From NCBI RefSeq assembly GCF_006345805.1, contig NW_021833433.1:1-64000 (forward strand): 64,000 nt of DNA. Direction: 5' to 3'. The position numbers and the translations under genes were made by a program. The notes beneath the pieces were generated by a model. The model saw nothing but the letters and a program-made list of their open reading frames with translations, had not been told where the DNA came from and ran no database searches. The number at the start of each line of letters is the position of its first letter. Within the stretch, counting starts at the first letter, position 1. Below, in pieces: positions 12,211-23,364 of the stretch. This DNA is from Octopus sinensis (Eukaryota).

Positions 12211-12693
12211 CCCTTTCGTTACCAACCTGGCTCTGGCTCTGTAGTACAAATGTCTTGTTTTCATAAGTTTTGAATTAAAATCTTCCACTAAACCTTAGTC
12301 ACAATTTATGTTCCTAACACTAGCTTAATGATAACTAAGTTATTTTACTAAATTCTCTGTTATATTTAAAGTAATTGAACGAAACACAGAGCATCTCAAC
12401 AGAAATGTGGTAACAAAAGGGTTCAAGTCACCATGATATTCTTAACCCTTTTGATACCAACCCGGCTGAAACCGCCTCTGGTTCTGTAGTACAAATGTCT
12501 TGTTTTCATAAGTTTTGAATTAAAATCTTCCACTAAACCTTAGTCACAATTTATGTTCCTAACACTAGCTTAATGATAACTAAGTTATTTTACTAAATTC
12601 TCTGTTATATTTAAAGTAATTGAACGAAACACAGAGCATCTCAACAGAAATACGGTAACAAAAGTAATTGAAAGAAATACAGTAATGAAAGGG
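12211..12693 (+). mobile_element. Two tandem piggyBac-type MITEs (12211-12421, 12446-12693)
   Basis: TTAA flanks (one reads TTCA), ~13-bp TIR CCCTTT(C/T)G(T/A)TACC / (G/A)GTAA(C/T)(A/G)AAAGGG, 16-bp spacer agtcaccatgatattc between copies; inserted at a TTAA in the mariner coding sequence. Confidence 0.8.
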
Positions 12694-13061
12694 TTAAAGT
12701 CAGCACTAGAAGAAAAATGACCATCTTTGGTTTCAAGAGGAAAGGTGTTCTTCCATCAGGATAATGGTTGGCTGCATGCAGCGAAGATGACATTCCAAAG
12801 GTTGGAGCAGATTGAATGGGAAACAATGCCCCACATACCATATTTGCCAAACATGGCCCCGACTCCCAACCGATTATCATTTATTCCACAGTCTTCAAAA
12901 TCATTTGGACGGAAAATATATGAATTCTGTAGACAAGTCAGGACAGTACTGGCGGAGTATTTTTCATCACGGACCAGTGAACTTTGGAAGAGGGGCCTTG
13001 CAAGTCAACCAGATAGATGGAAGAGCATTGTAGAAAATGAAGGAGAGTATATTTTAGATTA

Positions 13062-13899
13062 CCCTTTTGTTACCAACCCAGCTGAAACGTCTCTAGCTCT
13101 GTGGTACTAATGTCTTGTTTTCATAAGTTTTGAATTAAATCTTCCCACAAGACTTTAATCACAATTTATATTCCTAACACCAGCTTAATGATAACTAAGT
13201 TATTTTACTAAATTCTCTGTTATATTTAAAGTAAGGTGAACGAAACACAGAGCATCTCAACAGAAATACGGTAACAAAAGTAATTGAAAAATACACAGTA
13301 ATGAAAGGGTTAAAGTCAGCACTAGAAGAAAAATGACCATCTTTGTGTTTCAAGAGGAAAGGTTTTCTTCCATCAGGATAATGGTTGGCTGCATGCAGCG
13401 AAGATGACATTCCAAAGGTTGGAGCAGATTGAATGGGAAACAATGCCCCACAATACCATATTTGCCAAACATGGCCCCGACTCCCAACCGATTATCATTT
13501 ATTCCACAGTCTTCAAAATCATTGGACGGAAAATATATGAATTCTGTAGACAAGTCAGGACAGTACTGGCGGAGTATTTTTCATCACGGACCAGTGAACT
13601 TTGGAAGAGGGGCCTTGCAAGTCAACCAGATAGATGGAAGAGCATTGTAGAAAATGAAGGAGAGTATATTTTAGATTAACCCTTTTGTTACCAACCCAGC
13701 TGAAACCGTCTCTAGCTCTGTGGTACTAATGTCTTGTTTTCATAAGTTTTGAATTAAAATCTTCCACCAGACTTTAATCACAATTTATATTCCTAACACC
13801 AGCTTAATGATAACTAAGTTATTTTACTAAATTTTTTGTTATATTTAAGTAATTGAAACAAACACAGAGCATCTCAACAGAAATACAGTAACGAAAGGG
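13062..13899 (+). mobile_element. piggyBac-type MITE copies 3 (13062-13309) and 4 (13680-13899)
   Basis: Same TIRs; copy 4 sits in the TTAA that overlaps the mariner stop codon (GATTAA). Confidence 0.8.
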
Positions 13900-14239
13900 T
13901 TAAGAAAGAACTTTATCTTAATTTTTAAAAATAAAAGAAGTATAAAAAAACCCCACATTATTTATGGAATGAGCAGTTAGATAGATAGACGGATAGATAG
14001 ATACTGATTAGATCTTACAGTTTGTTAGCCAATGTTATCATGGTATCATTAGAGGTTAAGATACTGTGAAAAAAACATAGGGTAACAGTCAACCAGTTGT
14101 AAGATCTGGATCTACACACATACACAAACACAGAATGACCTCTGATGATACTGTGATAGCACAAAGAAACAGCCAGCCAGCCAGATGGGAGGCCTGAATC
14201 TAAATCAGTACACATACACACACACACACATATATATCA

Positions 14240-14470
14240 CGTAACCGACCAGACCATCAGATGTTGTTACACATCGCTGGTCACAATGCGCTTTGCATTT
14301 TTTTTTTTGCCTTCGAATGACGCCACCCCGCTGGCTAAGCGGGGCAGGCCAACAGAGGAAAGAGTGGGAGAAAGTTGTGGTGAAAGAATACAGCAGGGAT
14401 CGCCACCACCCCCTGCCGGAGCCTCGTGGAGCTTTTTAGGTGTTTTCGCTCAATAAACACTCACAACGCT
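14240..14470 (-). mobile_element. SINE family C, 5'-truncated, tail type 1
   Basis: Reverse match to 21288-21575 (gagcgaaaacacctaaaaagctccacgaggctcc...gtgaccagcgatgtg). Confidence 0.8.
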
Positions 14471-14506
<36 letters not shown>

Positions 14507-14513
14507 ATATATA

Positions 14514-14754
14514 ATATTAAATTAGAGACAAAACCACTATTAGGCAAATCATACAATGAAAAACTTAAGCCAATACATAAGATTATTTAATATAACAAAA
14601 TTATTAAAAAAATATAATTAAGTGTTATATTAATTATATTTTTTTAATAATTTTGTTACATATTTAAATAATATAAATTAAATAATCTTATGTATTGGCT
14701 TAAGTTTTTCATTGTTTGATTTGCCTAATAGTGGTTTTGTCTCTAATTTAATAT
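14514..14754. repeat. 241-bp AT-rich fold-back palindrome
   Basis: 78-bp outer arms (14514-14591 / 14677-14754, one mismatch), 29-bp inner arms (14593-14621 / 14630-14658), 8-nt loop and an 18-nt bulge. Confidence 0.85.
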
Positions 14755-15308
14755 AATATAATATTTTACTATAAAATTGGATTCAATCCTAAATCTGATT
14801 TTTCCCTGTAAGTTTGGATTTATTCCCTAATATTTTATTATATACACACACACACATATATTATATATAGAGAGAGAGACAAATACACATCTGACTTCTG
14901 ATTATGCTATGAACCCACAGAGAGAAAGAGACAGTCAACCAACCAGCTGCCAAGTTGGAATTTAAATTTATACATTGTTCCTTATTTCTAACTCCCACAT
15001 TTCCATGCTTGCATAGATCAGAGACCCCTATGACCAGGGGCTGCTGGTAACATGTGACTGGGTACAATCTGTAACCGCACAACCATAGCTGTATTCAGTT
15101 GATCTTCTAACTCTAAGTGTGCATTATTAGAATCTGTCCGTGCAGTTAAATCCTTAAATCCTTAAAAATGTTTTAGCCCGAAGGCCGCGGCCATGCTGGG
15201 GCACCACCGCCGGATAAGAGTATTTCTTATGAGGTTAGGACATCAACTTTAATAAGTTGTTTGTTATTAGTGGGTAGGATTAATTTAGTTAGGCTGTTAA
15301 AATATCAA

Positions 15309-15690
15309 TCATCATCATCAGCATCATGATTTAATGTCGACCGGGGTCTGGGAAGCCAGGATGCTGCACCAGGCTCCAGTCTGATCAGGCAGGATTTCTA
15401 CAGCTGGATGCCCTTCCTGACACCAACCATACCCCAGATTGAGGTGAGTGCTTCTTGCGTGACACCAGTGCAAGCAAGGCCAGATTTGGCATGGCTTTTT
15501 TACATCTGGATGCCCTTCCAAAAGCCAACAGCTTTACAGTGTGGACTGGGTACTTTTTAAGTGGCACCTGCATTGGTGGGGTCACCAAGTAACTTGCAAG
15601 ACGAGGAATCATCATCATCATCATCATTTAGCATCTGTTGTCCATGCTGGCATGGGTTGGACAGTTTGACCAGGGCTGGTAAGCCGAGGT
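15309..15690 (-). mobile_element. RTE-clade LINE 3' UTR fragments with (GAT)n tails
   Basis: Reverse of ggttgg.gttaggaagggcatccagctgtagaaa...aacccatgccagcatgg..(gat)n, the same 3' UTR that is joined to RTE ORF sequence at 17990-18390. Confidence 0.7.
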
Positions 15691-15829
15691 GTTTGTGAAC
15701 ATACCTTGTGGTGAACTCTCCCTGTGGGGAACTGGTTATGGGGGTCCACCAGAATAAAATAGTAATCAGAGGGTTCACAGATAAAAAGTGGTTGAGAACC
15801 CCCTGATCTAATCAATCAACAACATTTCA

Positions 15830-16030
15830 GAACAGCCATGCTTGAGTACCAGCTGTTGGCAGGCATAAAAGGGGACAGGTCGAAGATCATTTGGCAGCAG
15901 ATGTTCCAAGATGATCTGAAGATGGTCCACATTACAGGGAATAGGGGTGTAAGGGGAGCAGCTGAACCCAGTGGAGGAACTTTGCTGCCCAATGTGCCAG
16001 GGAGTGCAGGAAGGCCTAAAAACTAACACA
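15830..16030 (+). mobile_element. Decayed RTE-type ORF2 C-terminal fragment
   Basis: Translation GDRSKIIWQQMFQDDLKMVHIT resembles the G-RP-K-W...DL motif downstream of the RTE reverse transcriptase. Confidence 0.45.
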
Positions 16031-16042
16031 ACCACCACTAAA

Positions 16043-16277
16043 ACCTATTTCTTTATTACCCACAAGGGGCTAAACACAGAGGGGACAAACAAGGACAGAC
16101 ATAGGTATTAAGTCGATTACATTGACCCCAGTGCGTAACTGGTACTTAATTTATCGACCCCGAGAGGATGAAAGGCAAAGTCGACCTCGGCGGAATTTGA
16201 ACTCAGAACGTAACGGCAGACGAAATACCGCTAAGCATTTCGACCAACGTGCTAATGTTTCTGCCAGTTCTCCACCT
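16043..16277 (-). mobile_element. SINE family B (tRNA-like head, ~240 bp)
   Basis: Reverse of ggcggcgagctggcagaa..ttctgagttcaaattccgccgaggtcgactttgcctttcatcc..tagccccttgtggg.a.taaagaaata. Confidence 0.85.
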
Positions 16278-16732
16278 CTAAAACCATTAACTTTCACCAT
16301 ATGTCAACTACCACAACAACAACAACTACCAACACCACCACTTCTACTACAACCACCACAATAAGGTAAGTGACTAACAAGGCTCCTTCCAATTGACACA
16401 CTTCCTGCAGCCTCAACACTGAAGTATCAACATGACAGCAACCTCATCCAACACCACCACATGCCTTCTACTAATGGCAGTGTAGGCGGTTTCTTAGTGT
16501 TTGAAGATCATGAAGAGTGACACACCCTTAAGTGGTTATGCAAACCGATCCTTGATGCTGTAGGGCTTTTCCTTCCTGCCTGGCCTTTGTAGTTTTCAAG
16601 TGAGAGTCTGTCCATGTAATCCTGTCGTATTCTTTAGACTTGGAGCTCTGACCACAGGGGCTAAGACAGCTGCAGTGACCACCAAGTTGTAGTGTTTACA
16701 TTGGAGTGACCTTACCCTAGGTGAATTACCTT

Positions 16733-17046
16733 GACTTGACAGCATTCACCCGGGTTGGGTTGAGCTGGCTTCATTCATCCTCAATGCTGCATCTCTCACA
16801 AACGCTGACCAGGCCTGGCGATTTGAGGCTAATGACCGCGTGATCTCCAACCACTCCTTATTCCAGCGGCAAACGCCGTAGATATGGGGGCCTAGGCTGG
16901 GCTCCAGATCAGCCTTGACTGTCATCAGCCAGGTTTTCATTGTCTACCACATCGCTTTTGCCAACCCTGAAGGGGAGCTGGGGCAATTGCTTCGTAGGTT
17001 GGATTCCAGATCAGCCTTGACTGTCATCAGCCAGGTTTTTCGTTGT
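16733..17046 (-). mobile_element. 5'-truncated RTE LINE 3' end with internal tandem duplication and 16-bp TSD
   Basis: ORF KTWLMTVKADLEPSLGPHIYGVCRWNKEW..RQAWSAFVRDA; (GTCAA)n tail; TSD ctaggtgaattacctt at 16717-16732 and 17047-17062. Confidence 0.85.
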
Positions 17047-17407
17047 CTAGGTGAATTACCTTACAGGGATGGAGAGCTCCAGCAACCCAGGTGTTGCTGG
17101 AAGGGTGTAAAGAGGACACTGAACTGCCCCAGGGACACCACTCTTCTATTTGCTGTCAAGGTATTCACCCCAAGCCTTTTCCTTTCTCAAGGCCTTTACA
17201 AGGCAGTGGGGGGTTGTGGTTGGAAGTTTCTTCCACAACATGATAATTCACCAATTGCTAGGACCCTGACAGGTGCTACTGCTGGAGTCATAGTAGACCC
17301 AGGAACAATAGTTCCACACCTCTCCAAACCCTCGAACCCCTGAATTAGGGTTCCACCACCAGATGCAGTTTGAAGTCATACTGGGGACAATAACTTCAAC
17401 TATCATC

Positions 17408-17971
17408 GTCAACCCCTTCAGGGTTGGCGAAGGCGATGTGGTGGACAACGAAAAACCTGGTTGATGACAGTCAAGGCCGATCTGGAACCCAACCTATGAA
17501 GCAATTGCCCCAGCTCCCCTTCAGGGTTGGCGAAAGCGATGTGGTGGACAACGAAAAACCTGGTTGATGAGTCAAGGCTGATCTGGAACCCAACCTACAA
17601 AGCAATTGCCCCAACTCCCCTTTAGGGTTGATGAAAGCGATGTGGTAGACAATGAAAAACCTGGTTGATGAGTCAAGGCTGATCTGGAACCCAACCTACG
17701 AAGCAATTGCCTCAGCTCCCCATCAGGGTTGGCGAAAGCGATGTGGTGGACAACGAAAAACCTGGTTGATGACAGTCAAGGCTGTTCTGGAACCCAACCT
17801 AGGCCCCCATATCTACGGCATTCGCCACTGGAATAAGGAGTGGTCGGAGATCACGCGGTCGTTAGCTTCAAATCACCAGGCCTGGTCGGCGTTTGTGAGA
17901 GATGCAGCATTGAGGATGAATGAAGCCAGCTCAACCCACCCCGGGTGAATGCTGTCTCAAGTCAAGTCAAG
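17408..17971 (+). mobile_element. Second RTE LINE 3' end with four ~101-103-bp tandem units
   Basis: Units start at 17419, 17522, 17623 and 17724 (GWRKRCGGQRKTWLMTVKADLEPN); (GTCAA)n tail; TSD tcaactatcatc at 17396-17407 and 17972-17983. Confidence 0.85.
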
Positions 17972-17989
17972 TCAACTATCATCATCACC

Positions 17990-18390
17990 ATCAACATAAA
18001 ATCTCCGTTTTCCATGCTGGCATGGGTTGGATGGCTTGACAGGAACTGACAAGACCTAGAGTCGCACAAAGTTCCATTAATTATTTTTGGCTTGGTTTCT
18101 ACAGCTGGTTGCCCTTCTTAGCACAAACCACTTCACAGAGTATATGGGGACTTTCTACGGGGCACCAGCACCCACACTAATGCTTTTTACGTGGTACCTT
18201 GGCCTTAGGATCTTAATTCTATTGTGGTACATGGGTCTCCTTGCGTACAGCAGTGCACCGCAAACCTCGGTCCTCTGTCATCTCCATCATAAGGTTCAGT
18301 GGTTCAAGATCGGCCTTCAGTACCTCATCCCTTGTCTTCCTGGGTCTCCCTCTTTCATCAGCACTTCTTTCAACAACAACATGTAAACAC
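17990..18390 (-). mobile_element. RTE LINE 3' end (ORF2 C-terminus plus 3' UTR)
   Basis: Minus frame RGRPRKTRDEVLKADLEPLNLMMEMTEDR is followed by the gggca.ccagctgtagaaa 3' UTR and the GAT tail. Confidence 0.75.
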
Positions 18391-18399
18391 ACACACAAA

Positions 18400-19320
18400 A
18401 TAAACTACACAACCCACTACCACCAAAACTACAACATCACACTACCACCACTACTAGTCATTATACAATAACAACACTACTACTACTACTACCACTACCC
18501 ATACACCACAATATTACTAACACTTTCCCTCCTGTTACTTTCTACTGTAGTGAATCTACACCACTACAACTACCACCAACACTACTACAACCACATCTGC
18601 TACTACTTCATCTCTTCCGCATCACCACCACCACTAATGTTACTATTACACAAACACTACTGTTCGCAACATACCACCAGAATACTGCTTCCCCTACAAC
18701 AATCAGATACCATCACCATTATACTACTACCCACACCACACCACTAACGCTATACTGATCACACCAAATCATAATTTTACCACCACCACCATACTACCAC
18801 CAACACTGTGCCACAATTATTACCACTACTAAACCACTACTGTCAATACCACTACCACAGCTAAGCTACCAGCACTAACACCATACTGATGATACTACAT
18901 CACAACTACTGCCACCACAACCACCACCACCATTATGCTACGACCACAACTAATATCATGACCACACCATACCACTACCATCGACACTATACCACAAGTA
19001 CTTCCACCAACACTAGACAACTACCACCACCACCACCACCCCACACAACACATACTACCACCACCACTATTATGCTACGACCACAACTAATATCATGACC
19101 ACACCATACCACTACCACCGACACTATACCACGACTACTTCCACCAACACTAGACAACTACCACCACCACCACCCCACACAACATATACTACCACCAACA
19201 CCACCACCCCACACAACACATACTACCACCACCACCACCACCCCACACAACACATACTACCACCACCCCACACAACACATACTACCACCAACACCACCAT
19301 CACCACCATCACCACACCCT
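18400..19320. repeat. (ACC/ACT)n low-complexity tract with a 137-bp local duplication
   Basis: tatgctacgaccacaactaatatcatgaccacacc occurs at 18934 and 19071. Confidence 0.85.
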
Positions 19321-19446
19321 CTTTTCAACTGCAGAAAAACTAATTAATATCAGGAAGAACAAAAAAAATAGAAGAAAAATGAAAAAAAAAAAAAAAATAA
19401 ATAAAAAGGCAGGGTCAAGTGCCACAATAAGGTCACAGACAGGGTG

Positions 19447-19481
19447 GTTTCCATGGCAACCGGCTAATATCAGAGGAAGTG
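19447..19481. promoter_or_regulatory. RFX X-box plus adjacent ETS-like site
   Basis: GTTTCCATGGCAAC (19447-19460) fits the X-box consensus GTHNYYATRRNAAC; AGGAAGTG at 19474-19481; unique sequence. Motif match only. Confidence 0.3.
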
Positions 19482-19807
19482 GGGCTTGAACCTGGATCTT
19501 TTTAACTGCCATGAATGAAAGGAGGCGGTAGCCACTGAAGTGGTGGTCATTATTGGATGAATTAAAGAAGTGACATATGATACAGGGAAACAAACATGTT
19601 TTGGGTTTTAATTAAGAAAATGAAAACCAGGATGTCTACGTGGTTGCTTAACTGGCTAGAAATAGCAGCTAAAGCTCCTTCAAATCACATCCTACGGTCT
19701 TTTGTATGTATAGATGTATGAGCCAGTGAGGGAGATCTCTGCATGGTAGCTAGAAATATCAGCTAAATCTCACTCAAACCACACTCTAGTGTCTTATGTA
19801 TGTATAT

Positions 19808-20165
19808 ATAGTTAGTTAGTTAATTCTTTGGCTCAAAAGCAAATAGCATGGCCATGTAGGGGGACATGGAGTTAAGTACAGGGTGGTGTTCATGTAAAGA
19901 GTTCAGGCCACTTGAGGTCAAGGGAGGCTTTGAACAAAGCGGTCATCGGCATCTTCACCATCTCGTCTGGCAGCTTGTTCCACGGATCCGCAACCCGGAC
20001 GGAGAAAGCTCCTCTCCTTCGATTGAGATGAAATCGTCGCAGATAGAGCTTTTCTGAGCGACCCTGCAGCCGACGCTCTGGAGCAGGAGTGAAGAACAGC
20101 TCTTTCGAGAGGTTACACTTTCCGCTTATGATGTTGTGAGCGAGAATGAGATCACCACGGCGGCG
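19808..20165 (-). mobile_element. CR1-clade LINE 3' end
   Basis: RRRGDLILAHNIISG..FF..KLYLRRFHLNRRRGAFSVRVADPWNKLPDEMV..FKASLD; (TAAC)n tail at ~19808-19823. Confidence 0.85.
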
Positions 20166-20745
20166 GTGACAAGACCTGGTAGAAATAGCAGCCAAATCTT
20201 TCAAATTACACCCCACTGTCTTAGGTCTTATGTATGTCTGTATAAGCCAATGGCAGAAACCACTACATGGTCGCTAGAAACATCAGCTAAATCTCCCTCA
20301 AAGCACACACTATTGTCTTATATATGTACAAATAGTAGCAAGAGCGGGTAGAAATAGCAGCCAAATCTCTTTTAAATTACACCTACTGTCTTGTGTATGT
20401 GTGAGCCAGTGAGGGCAACCTCTACATGGTAGTGAGATCTGGCAGAAGCAGCAGTCAAATTTCCCTCAAACCTCACTCTACTGTCATGTATGTAAATATA
20501 TATATTTATGAACCAATGGGAGAGACCTCTATATGGTAGCTAGACCTAATAGAAATAGCAACCAAATCTCCCTCTAATTATACCAACTATCTGATGTATG
20601 TATAAGCCAGTGTGGGAAACTACTACATGGTAGCTATAGCTGTTAGAAATAGCAGCGAAATCTCCCTCAAACCAAACCCTACTATTTTATGTATCTATGT
20701 ATGTATGAGTCAGCGAAGGAGACTTCTCCATGGTAGCTATACCTA
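20165..20745 (-). repeat. Diverged array of ~95-100-bp monomers of the 3.3-6.4 kb satellite family, opposite strand
   Basis: About six copies of tagaaatagcagccaaatct(c/t); two more at 19650-19780. Confidence 0.8.
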
Positions 20746-20769
20746 AAAAATTCCTTCTCTTGCAAGTTA

Positions 20770-21015
20770 CTTGGAGACCCTACTGGTGCTGGTGCCATGT
20801 AAAAAGCATCCAGTCAACATTGTGAAGTGGTTGGCATTTGGAAGGGCATCCAGCTGTAAAAAACAAACACTAAAAAGCACTCAGTTCCCTTAGTGGGGTT
20901 GTTGGTGTTAGGAAGGGCATCCAGCCATAAAAACCACGCCAAAACAGACACAGTAGCCTGGTGTAGTCCTGTACCTGGCCAGCTCCTATCAAACTGTCCA
21001 ACATATGCCAGCATG
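20770..21015 (+). mobile_element. RTE 3' UTR fragments
   Basis: gtggttggcatttggaagggcatccagctgtaaaa; ttaggaagggcatccagccataaaaacca..catatgccagcatgg. Confidence 0.65.
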
Positions 21016-21287
21016 GAAAGGTGGCTGTTCAAGAATTTGGACCTGGAGATCTCCATTTCCAGCGACTTTGAGGGCCACCTCCCAGTGGTGTCAGGGGTCA
21101 ACGAAGAGCCCTCGACTACAACAAGATGACCAAAGTTTTTTCTCCCCCCAAGGTCTGGGGTCTCCCGCCTCTAAGACCTAGACCATCACCTAATCACCCA
21201 TACCTGTCTTGTTTGCTTAACAACAACAGCATGGAAGGCAGACATTAAATGATGACGACATGTGTGTGTGTGTGTGTATATATATAT

Positions 21288-21575
21288 GTGGAGGCGCAAT
21301 GGCCCAGTGGTTAGGGCAGCGGACTCGCGGTCGTAGGATCGCGGTTTCGATTCCTAGACCGAGCGAAAACACCTAAAAAGCTCCACGAGGCTCCAGCAGG
21401 GGATGGTGGCGATCTCTGCTGTACTCTTTCACCACTCCTTCTCTCACTCTTTCTTCTGTTGGCCTGCTTGCTTAGCCAGTGGGGTGGCGTCATTTGAAGG
21501 CTAAAACAATGCAAAGCGCATTGTGACCAGCGATGTGTAGCAACATCTGATAGCCTGGTCGGTCACAGTGATCAT
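21288..21575 (+). mobile_element. SINE family C, tail type 1
   Basis: tRNA-like head gtggaggcgcaatggcccagtggttagggcagcgg..gtttcgattcc (A and B boxes), with an internal deletion. Confidence 0.85.
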
Positions 21576-21594
21576 GGTGGTGATATATATATGT

Positions 21595-21755
21595 CCACAT
21601 GACTGGTTTCTTTCATTTTTTGTTTACCAAATCCCCTCACAAGGTTTTGGTTGACCAGAAGTATAGTTGAAAACACTTGCCCCAACTGCCACGCGGTGGG
21701 ACTGAACCCAGGACCATGTGGTAGGGAAGCATACGTGTAACCACAAAGCCAAGCC
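21595..21755 (-). mobile_element. Degenerate SINE family A 5' part
   Basis: taccaaatcc..acacttgcccc..gtgggactgaacccaggaccatgtg. Confidence 0.65.
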
Positions 21756-21849
21756 TGCATGTACACACACACAGACACACACCTCACAATGTTTTGTTCT
21801 TATTCAGATAAACAACTTACAGCAATTTTGTAATGCGTCACTGTACAAA

Positions 21850-22515
21850 AAACACACACACGCACGCACACACGCACACGCACCACCAAGCGAATGTAGT
21901 ATATAGTGCAACATACATCAAATACATACATCATACGCATACTACACAGATACCATATACACACACACAACCATGCACACACCACTTTGTACACCACACA
22001 AATCACCTCATATATACATATATATACACACACATATATATATACACATACACACACACATATATATACATGCACACACATATATATATACACACACACC
22101 CATATACACATACACACACACATATATATACATGCACACACATATATATATACACACACACCCATATACACATACACACACACATATATATACATGCACA
22201 CACATATATATATACACACACACCCATATACACATACACACACACATATATATACATGCACACACATATATATATACACATACACACACCAGTGTTTGAT
22301 GAAAAGTTGAAGTGACAAAGCAAACAAGAAAATGCTTAATAAGTATAATTTGCTGTAAGTAACAATTAGAAAATTAATTGAGGAAATGACTCTATATACC
22401 TCTCACATACACACACACTAATTGGTTTTACAAGTGGTTGGTTGGTCAGGAATCATACACAAAGAGAATACATTATATATATATATATATATATATATAT
22501 GGTATATGTATATAT

Positions 22516-22562
<47 letters not shown>

Positions 22563-22883
22563 AATATATATAATATATACATATACACATATATATATAT
22601 ACATATATATATACATATACACACACATATAATATACACACACACACATATATATATATATATATGTATGTATGTATACATATACACATATACATATATA
22701 CATATACACATATATATATATATACATATACACACACATATATATATACATATACACATATATATATATATGCATATACACATATATATATATATACATA
22801 TACACATATATATATATACATATACACATATATATACATATACACACATATATATATACATATACACACATATATATACATAT

Positions 22884-22924
<41 letters not shown>

Positions 22925-23024
22925 TACACATATATATATATACATACATATATATACATATATACATACATACATACTTGCATGTGACCTAGTTATACAC
23001 AAAGACAATCATATACTCACACAG

Positions 23025-23065
<41 letters not shown>

Positions 23066-23075
23066 ATATATATAT
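21850..23075. repeat. (CA)/(TA) compound microsatellites including a ~56-bp higher-order unit
   Basis: cacacacccatatacacatacacacacacatatatatacatgcacacacatatatatata is repeated at ~22090-22270. Confidence 0.9.
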
Positions 23076-23282
23076 ACCCACATAATCGGTATATTAAATC
23101 TCCTACTCTAAATAATTTGTTAATTCTTTGGTAGTTGTCATGCTTATTATATTCGGTAGATAACAATTGTATTTTCACAGTATGAAATAGCTTTAATTTT
23201 TCGGTAGTCTAGCTTCCATCAACTTACCGAAAATGTCATAGTGCCTATTGTTAGTTTATCATATAATATTATCACTATAGCT

Positions 23283-23364
23283 GCTATAATGGCCAAGTGG
23301 TTAAGATGCTGGACTTGAAATCCAATGCGTTGTGCCTGCACAAGTTCAAATCTTGCCTATCTTG
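23283..23364 (+). pseudogene. tRNA-Ser(TGA) pseudogene
   Basis: GCTATAATGGCCAAGTGGTTAAGATGCTGGACT-TGA-AATCCAATG[long variable arm]ACAAGTTCAAATCTTGC is colinear with eukaryotic tRNA-Ser-TGA (anticodon 23316-23318). Several stem mismatches and a broken acceptor stem. Confidence 0.75.

Larger units (their letters stand above)
11830..13975 (+). mobile_element. Decayed mariner transposase (Tc1/mariner), interrupted by four MITEs, 3' part duplicated
   Basis: Frameshifted motifs GKVSKLGQWV, NEPFLDRIVTGD, VLLSVWWD, FHQDN, DYHLFHSLQNHLDGK and WKRGLASQPDRWKSIVENEGEYILD*. The C-terminal segment occurs twice (12698-13061, 13314-13679). Confidence 0.9.

Noticed and set aside
21020-21170. Coding-looking fragment within ORF 20814-21101
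   Set aside because: Short, flanked by RTE 3' UTR pieces, no recognisable motif in any frame.
21288-21365. tRNA-like heads of SINE families A-D as tRNA genes
   Set aside because: They continue into SINE bodies with tails and TSDs and lack complete cloverleafs.
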